NCBI GenBank assembly: GCA_965263255.1
Contig: CBDHHA010000008.1
Location: 2,945,399-3,009,398 of the forward strand
Direction: 5' to 3'
Length of the DNA stretch: 64,000 nucleotides
Source of the DNA: Bryobacterales bacterium
GTDB lineage: Bacteria; Acidobacteriota; Terriglobia; Bryobacterales; UBA6623
The translations under genes and the position numbers were made by a program. Below the pieces are notes generated by a model, which worked only from the letters and a program-made list of their open reading frames with translations, made no database searches and was not told the DNA's origin. Positions 58,875-64,000 of the stretch are shown piece by piece. The stretch's first letter is position 1; each line of letters opens with the position of its first letter.

Positions 58875-60179
58875 ATGCTCCGTCCGCTACTCGCGGCCCT
58901 GGCAACCGCGTCCGTCCTGCTGGCACAGAACGTGCCGCAGGCGTTCGTCGGGGGCCGCGTCATACCCATTTCCGGTCCCGCCATCGAGAGCGGAACCGTC
59001 GTCATTCACGAAGGCCGGATTGTCGCGGTCGGCGATTCCGCCAGCACCGGGATTCCGGATGGCGCGGTGCGGCACGACACGAGCGGCAAGGTGGTGATGC
59101 CGGGCTTCGTCGACACGCACAGCCATGTCGGCAGCGTCGACGGGGGCGACGGCAGCGGACCGATGCATCCCGAGGCCCGGGCCCTCGATTCCATCAATGT
59201 CCGCGACGCCAGGTTCCAGAAGGCCCAGGCGGGCGGCATCACCACCTCGAACATCATGCCGGGCTCGGGCCACCTGCTGAGCGGGCAGACCCTCTACGTG
59301 AAGCACCGCGAGGCCACTTCGATCGACGACATGTTCATCCGGCGGCCGGACGGCTCCCTGGCGTACGGGGTCAAGATGGCGAACGGAACGAATTCCCGCA
59401 AGGCGCCCCCCTTCCCGGGCACGCGCGCGAAGTCCGCGGCGATCGTAAGGCAGCAGTTCGTCAAGGCCGCCGAGTACCGGGACAAGCTCGCGGCCGCCGG
59501 CAGCGATCCTGGCGAGCGGCCCGAGCGCGATCTCGGGCTGGAGACCCTGGTCGACATCCTAGAGGGCGATCGCGTGGTCCACTTCCACACGCACCGGCAC
59601 GACGATATCGTGACAATCCTGCGGCTTGCGGAGGAGTTCGGCTTCCGCGTGGTGCTGCAGCACGTCAGCGATGGATGGCTCGTCCCGGAGCAGATCGCGG
59701 CGTCCCCGCACGTGGTGGGCGCCTCGCTGATTCTAATCGACAGCCCCGGAGGCAAGATCGAGGCCAAGGACAACCGATTCGAGACGGCTCCGATCCTGGA
59801 TCGCGCCGGCGTCGTGACGGGATTTCATTCGGACGACTCGATCACCGATTCGCGGCTCTTCAACCGCATGGCAGCCCTCGCCGTTCGCGCCGGCATGCCC
59901 CGTGACCGAGCCCTGTACGGGCTGACCATGGCGGGCGCAATCATGCTGGGCCTCGAGGATCGCGTCGGCTCCCTGGAGCCCGGCAAGGACGCCGATGTGA
60001 TCGTCCTCTCGGGCGATCCCCTCAGCGTCTACACCCAGGTGCTCGAGACATGGGTCGACGGCACCAAGGTCTTCGACCGGTCCGATCCGAAGGACAGGCT
60101 CTATGCGGAGGGCGGCCTCGGCGCAAGTCACGACCAGAGCGGAAGCCACCACGACATTGCCAATGGAGAGTACCGATGA
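58875..60179 (+). CDS. Amidohydrolase-family protein (secreted)
   Basis: Signal peptide, then 'MPGFVDTHSHVG' (HxH metal site) and C-terminal 'GSLEPGKDADVIVL'. Confidence 0.85.
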   Translation: MLRPLLAALATASVLLAQNVPQAFVGGRVIPISGPAIESGTVVIHEGRIVAVGDSASTGIPDGAVRHDTSGKVVMPGFVDTHSHVGSVDGGDGSGPMHPEARALDSINVRDARFQKAQAGGITTSNIMPGSGHLLSGQTLYVKHREATSIDDMFIRRPDGSLAYGVKMANGTNSRKAPPFPGTRAKSAAIVRQQFVKAAEYRDKLAAAGSDPGERPERDLGLETLVDILEGDRVVHFHTHRHDDIVTILRLAEEFGFRVVLQHVSDGWLVPEQIAASPHVVGASLILIDSPGGKIEAKDNRFETAPILDRAGVVTGFHSDDSITDSRLFNRMAALAVRAGMPRDRALYGLTMAGAIMLGLEDRVGSLEPGKDADVIVLSGDPLSVYTQVLETWVDGTKVFDRSDPKDRLYAEGGLGASHDQSGSHHDIANGEYR

Positions 60180-61390
60180 ACCGCGCTACCGGTATCGCAA
60201 TCGCCGTCGCGGCCGTAGCCGCAGCAGTGCCGGCGCCAGCCCAGGTGGCGGTGCATGGCGACACCGTCCACACCGCAGCCGGCGAGCCTCTCGAGGACGC
60301 CGTAGTGCTCATCGAGGACGGCAGGATCAGCCGTTTCGGCCCCGCCAGCGAGATCGAAGTCCCGGACGGCTTCCGGACCCTGCGCGCCAAGGTCGTGACG
60401 CCCGGGCTGATCGACGCCCACTGCACGATCGGACTGAGCGGCTACCTCAACCAGCCGCACGATCAGGACCAATCCGAAGGGTCGGAACCCATCCAGCCCG
60501 AGCTACGCGCCATCGACTCCTACAATCCCCACGAAGCGCTGGTGGGCTGGGCCCGCGCCTACGGGGTCACGACCGTTCACACCGGACACGCCCCGAGAGC
60601 GCTTGTCAGCGGGCAAACCGCGATTGTCAAGCTGCGAGGAAGGACGCTCGAAGAGGCTCTGGTCAAACCGATCGCCATGATCTCGGCGACGCTGGGCGAG
60701 GGCGCTCGCGAGAGCGGCGGCAAGTCTCCGGGCACGCGCGCCAAGATGGCGTCGATGCTCCGGGCCGAGCTCGTGAAGGCCCAGGAGTACGTTGCCAAGC
60801 GCTCCGCGAATGACGGCAAGCCGACCGACCGCAGCCTCCGGCTGGACACGATGGGAATGGTCATCCGGGGCGAGGTGCCGCTGCTGGTCACAGCCCAGCG
60901 CGCCCAGGACATTCTCACGGCGCTGAGGATCAGGGACGAGTTCAGCATTCCGATCGTCCTGGACGGCGCTGCGGAGGCGCCCGAGGTGCTGGAACGGATC
61001 CGCGCGGCAGGCGTCCCGGTGATCGTCCATCCGACCATGCTGCGCGCCAGGGGAGAGACCGAGAACCTGAGCTTCGAGACGGCAGCGAAGCTCTATGCGG
61101 CCGGCATACCGGCGGCAATCCAGGGCGGCTTCGAAGCCTACGTGCCGAAGAGCCGGCTAGTGCTGTTCGAGGCCGGCGTCGCGGCGGCGCACGGCCTCGG
61201 ATTCGAGAATGCGCTGCGGAGCATCACGATCAATGCCGCGAGAATCCTCGGCATCGACGACCGCGTGGGCTCGATCGAGGCCGGCAAGGACGGGGATCTG
61301 GCCCTGTACGACGGCGATCCGTTCGAGTACGCTTCCCACTGCATCGGGGTGGTAATCGAAGGCGAGGTCGTCAGCGAGCAGGTCCGATGA
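60176..61390 (+). CDS. Amidohydrolase-family protein (secreted), paralogue of upstream gene
   Basis: ATG 60176 overlaps the upstream stop (ATGA). Contains 'TPGLIDAHCTIG' and 'GSIEAGKDGDLALY'. Confidence 0.85.
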   Translation: MNRATGIAIAVAAVAAAVPAPAQVAVHGDTVHTAAGEPLEDAVVLIEDGRISRFGPASEIEVPDGFRTLRAKVVTPGLIDAHCTIGLSGYLNQPHDQDQSEGSEPIQPELRAIDSYNPHEALVGWARAYGVTTVHTGHAPRALVSGQTAIVKLRGRTLEEALVKPIAMISATLGEGARESGGKSPGTRAKMASMLRAELVKAQEYVAKRSANDGKPTDRSLRLDTMGMVIRGEVPLLVTAQRAQDILTALRIRDEFSIPIVLDGAAEAPEVLERIRAAGVPVIVHPTMLRARGETENLSFETAAKLYAAGIPAAIQGGFEAYVPKSRLVLFEAGVAAAHGLGFENALRSITINAARILGIDDRVGSIEAGKDGDLALYDGDPFEYASHCIGVVIEGEVVSEQVR

Positions 61391-62388
61391 AGCTGGTCAC
61401 ATACCCGGAAATCGAGCCCGGACGGCTGGCGCGGATCGAGTCGGCATGCGGCCCGATGCGCGTTGCGAACTGCCGGACCGAGCCTGAGGCCGTCCGGGAG
61501 ATCGCCGATGCGGACGCCTTCTTCGGCAAGCTGACGCCCGAGATGCTGGCGGCGGCCGGACGCCTGCGCTGGGTCCAGTCACCGACGGCCAGCCTGGAGC
61601 ATTACGTATTCCCTGAACTCGCCGAGCATGCCGCGCAACTTACGAACATGCGCGGCCTGTTCCACGACAACATCGCCGATCACGTTTTCGGATGCATGCT
61701 TTGCTTCGCTAGGAACCTGCATGTCTACATCCGACAGCAGCAGCGGGCCGAGTGGAAGCCGTACGGGGGCTCGAAAGAGGGCCAGTCGTTCCGCAGCGGG
61801 CCGGCGGTGACTACCGGAGTCGATCTGGAACACACTACACTGTCCGGCTCGACGATGGGCGTGATCGGGCTGGGATCGATCGGTTCGGAGATCGCCCGCC
61901 GCGGCATTTGCTTCGGGATGCGCGTGATCGCCGTCGACAGCGATCCCCGGGACGCACCGGAAGGAGTCGAGGGGCCCTGGCCGGCGACTAGGCTGGATGA
62001 CCTCCTCGCGGAGAGCGACTACGTGGTGATCGCCGCGCCCCACACTCCGGAGACGGAGGGCCTGTTCTGCGCTCCCAGGTTCCGGCGAATGAAATCTTCG
62101 GCCGTGCTCGTGAATATCGGGCGCGGGGTGATCGTGCGACTCGACGACCTGGTGCGAGCGCTGGAGAACGGAGAAATCCGAGGAGCGGCCCTGGACGTGT
62201 ACGAGATCGAGCCCCTGCCCGCTGACCACCCCCTGTGGACCTTCGACAACGTCATTCTTACCCCGCACATCGCCGGCCACTCCCCGGCAATCGCCGAGCG
62301 GCATCTTCAAGTGGTACTCGACAACGTGTCCCGCTTCGTCGGCGGTCTGCCGCTGAAGAACGTTGTCGACAAGCGCCGCTGGTTCTGA
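61387..62388 (+). CDS. D-isomer-specific 2-hydroxyacid dehydrogenase family protein
   Basis: 'MGVIGLGSIGSEIARR' (GxGxxG), 'NIGRG', and 'AALDVYEIEPLP...TPHIAG'. The start overlaps the upstream stop by 4 nt. Confidence 0.85.
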   Translation: MKLVTYPEIEPGRLARIESACGPMRVANCRTEPEAVREIADADAFFGKLTPEMLAAAGRLRWVQSPTASLEHYVFPELAEHAAQLTNMRGLFHDNIADHVFGCMLCFARNLHVYIRQQQRAEWKPYGGSKEGQSFRSGPAVTTGVDLEHTTLSGSTMGVIGLGSIGSEIARRGICFGMRVIAVDSDPRDAPEGVEGPWPATRLDDLLAESDYVVIAAPHTPETEGLFCAPRFRRMKSSAVLVNIGRGVIVRLDDLVRALENGEIRGAALDVYEIEPLPADHPLWTFDNVILTPHIAGHSPAIAERHLQVVLDNVSRFVGGLPLKNVVDKRRWF

Positions 62389-62537
62389 TCGGCCACAGTC
62401 CTGGCACTCACCCGGATCCACCGCGCGGGACTGCCGCAACCGGAAATCGAGGATGCCGGGGTATTCGTGGCGGGGCGCGGCGTTTCGGCCTAGTGGGAGC
62501 CCGGCACGGAATGACGAATCCGATGAGACCGGCCCAC

Positions 62538-62581
62538 GGGGTCCAATGGGGGTCCAATGGGGTCTTATGGGGGTCCCATTG
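62538..62581. repeat. Four degenerate tandem ~11-nt repeats (GGGGTCCAATG x2, GGGTCTTATG, GGGGTCCCATTG)
   Basis: Read directly in the 375-nt intergenic region between the dehydrogenase (+) and CRTAC1 (-) 3' ends. Confidence 0.7.
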
Positions 62582-62763
62582 CAGAAGGGATGAACGACGC
62601 TGATGCGCCGAAGGAGCCGAGGCGGCGCCAACGCCGCCAATCCGGCTCGTCCGGTTCACGCCATGCGATGCTTCGAAACTGTGTCCGCAAGGCTCGTCTG
62701 CGGGCCGCTATCGGCTGCCCGAACTCGCGGATATCCTGCCGGAATTGCGGGAGTGGCCCGGCA

Positions 62764-64000
62764 TCACCTCCCGGGCGCCAATCCCGGTCCCGGCTCCTCG
62801 ACAACGACAAATCGATTGACAGCCACATCCTCGATCTCGGTGACTGCGCCGGACAGCCACTGAACAGTGAGGCTGTCGATCCGCTGGGCCTCGCCGAGAC
62901 CGAAGTGCAGGCGCGGGTCGTTGGCAGACAAGTAGCTGGCGGACGAGCGGACCTCGCGCATGAGCGTTCGACTGCCAGCCCTCAGAAGCACTCTGGATCC
63001 GACCGCCGACCGGCCGGCATGCCGGCCCCTGAGGTCTACGACCAGCCAGTCGCTGCGATTCCCGCCGTCGTTTCGGAGCAGCGTCGGGGGTCCGTCGAGA
63101 TTGTTCACCACCGCATCGAGATCGCCGTCGTTGTCGTAGTCGCCCAAGGCGAGCCCGCGGCTCTTGTACCGCCGGTCCAGGCCGAACTGCAGTCCGCGCT
63201 CGGCGAACGCCTGGCCCGATTCGTTCATGAAGACCAGCCAGCGTTGCTCGTACTTCAGGCCCATCTCGAAGCGGTCCGCCTCCGGGTAGAGGTGGCCGTT
63301 GACGACGAAGAGATCCTCCCAGGTGTCGTTGTCGAGGTCGCCGAACGATACTCCCCAGCCCACGTACAGGTGCGTGCTCTGGCCATGGCCGGCGGGGTCG
63401 GTGAGATTGGTGAAGCTGCCGTCCCCGTTGTTGACAAGGAGCGAATTGCTCTCGTAGGAGGAGTTCGTGTAATAGAGATCCAGCCATCCGTCATGGTCGA
63501 TGTCCGCCGTGTCGACGCCCATGGACCCTTCCTCCACCCCGTCCTGGGAGAAGGCGGTGCCCAGGAGCACGGCCAACTCCTCGAAGGTGCCGTCCCCGTT
63601 GTTGCGGTAGAAGAGGTTGGCGGTGAGGTCGTTGGCCACGAAGATGTCCGGCCAGGAATCGTTGTCGTAGTCGGCGACCTGGACACCGAGGCCGAAGAGA
63701 CGCCCGTCATCGATAGCGCGCTCCGGCGCGACATCCACGAAGTTCCCGGCGCCGTCGTTGATGTACAGCGAGTCGCGCAGGCCCGGCATGCCGCGTGGCC
63801 CGCAGAAGACCGCGAAGCCGCGGTAGTTGCAGTTCGCGTCGCGACCAGGCAGCCTGTCCAAGGGGTAGGCAAGATAGTTGCTGACGTAGAGATCGAGGTC
63901 TCCGTCCCGGTCAATGTCGGCGAATGCCGCTCCGAGGCTCCATTGCGGCACGGCGATACCGGCGGACCGGCCCACTTCACGGAACGTTCCGTCACCAAGG
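62764..64000 (-). CDS. CRTAC1-family protein (FG-GAP/VCBS + ASPIC/UnbV), 5'-truncated by window edge
   Basis: The reading frame stays open to nt 64000 ('LGDGTFREVGRSAGI...'). Repeated 'D.D.DG..DL' FG-GAP motifs. C-terminal 'GSRVLLRAG...SYLSANDPRLHFGLG' is ASPIC/UnbV-like. Confidence 0.85.
   Translation of the reverse strand, partial: LGDGTFREVGRSAGIAVPQWSLGAAFADIDRDGDLDLYVSNYLAYPLDRLPGRDANCNYRGFAVFCGPRGMPGLRDSLYINDGAGNFVDVAPERAIDDGRLFGLGVQVADYDNDSWPDIFVANDLTANLFYRNNGDGTFEELAVLLGTAFSQDGVEEGSMGVDTADIDHDGWLDLYYTNSSYESNSLLVNNGDGSFTNLTDPAGHGQSTHLYVGWGVSFGDLDNDTWEDLFVVNGHLYPEADRFEMGLKYEQRWLVFMNESGQAFAERGLQFGLDRRYKSRGLALGDYDNDGDLDAVVNNLDGPPTLLRNDGGNRSDWLVVDLRGRHAGRSAVGSRVLLRAGSRTLMREVRSSASYLSANDPRLHFGLGEAQRIDSLTVQWLSGAVTEIEDVAVNRFVVVEEPGPGLAPGR

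Noticed and set aside
62235-62603. Small ORFs (122 aa and 76 aa) spanning the 11-nt tandem repeats
   Set aside because: Their translations ('GVQWGSNGVLWGSH...') merely reflect the nucleotide repeat. There is no start context or family similarity, and they lie between two convergent gene ends.

Overview
High-GC bacterial chromosomal window: hand counts in core genes give about 65% G+C. The gene content looks like an Acidobacteriota- or Planctomycetota-type soil or sediment organism, but this is inferred from gene families recognised from memory, with no database search. I call about 48 protein-coding genes, and I recognised no rRNA, tRNA or CRISPR array.

Core content:
- Two PSCyt/DUF1549-DUF1553 + DUF1501 gene pairs.
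- A CarboxypepD_reg-type TonB-dependent receptor in an apparent operon with a TPR protein and a CRTAC1 (FG-GAP/ASPIC-UnbV) protein. A second CRTAC1 gene runs off the right edge.
- dnaK-dnaJ-hspR with a HAIR-like operator.
- lpxB, waaF, truB, mnmA, recO and thiE.
- A CysO-like/MoeZ-like fusion, SNF and DAACS transporters, and an ECF sigma/anti-sigma/DUF4097/PDZ operon.
- Several peptidases and amidohydrolases.

Accessory or unusual parts:
1. A visibly lower-GC ~4.4 kb insertion (2.1-6.5 kb) carries two adjacent P-loop NTPase genes, one with STAND-like ATPase + wHTH + TPR architecture. It splits an otherwise tightly paired DUF1553/DUF1501 couple. This is my best candidate for an undescribed system, though its function is unknown.
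2. An accessory stretch (41.0-46.2 kb) holds four things: an orphan protein ending in seven perfect-period [S/G]Y-x5 heptads, a frameshifted TnpB, a heavily degraded IS256-family transposase, and a decayed duplicate of the recO 5' end.
3. An M1-peptidase homologue has all zinc and catalytic residues substituted.

Start codons were re-chosen by eye where the ORF track gave obvious N-terminal extensions. Many long ORFs in the track are antisense or out-of-frame artefacts of high GC.
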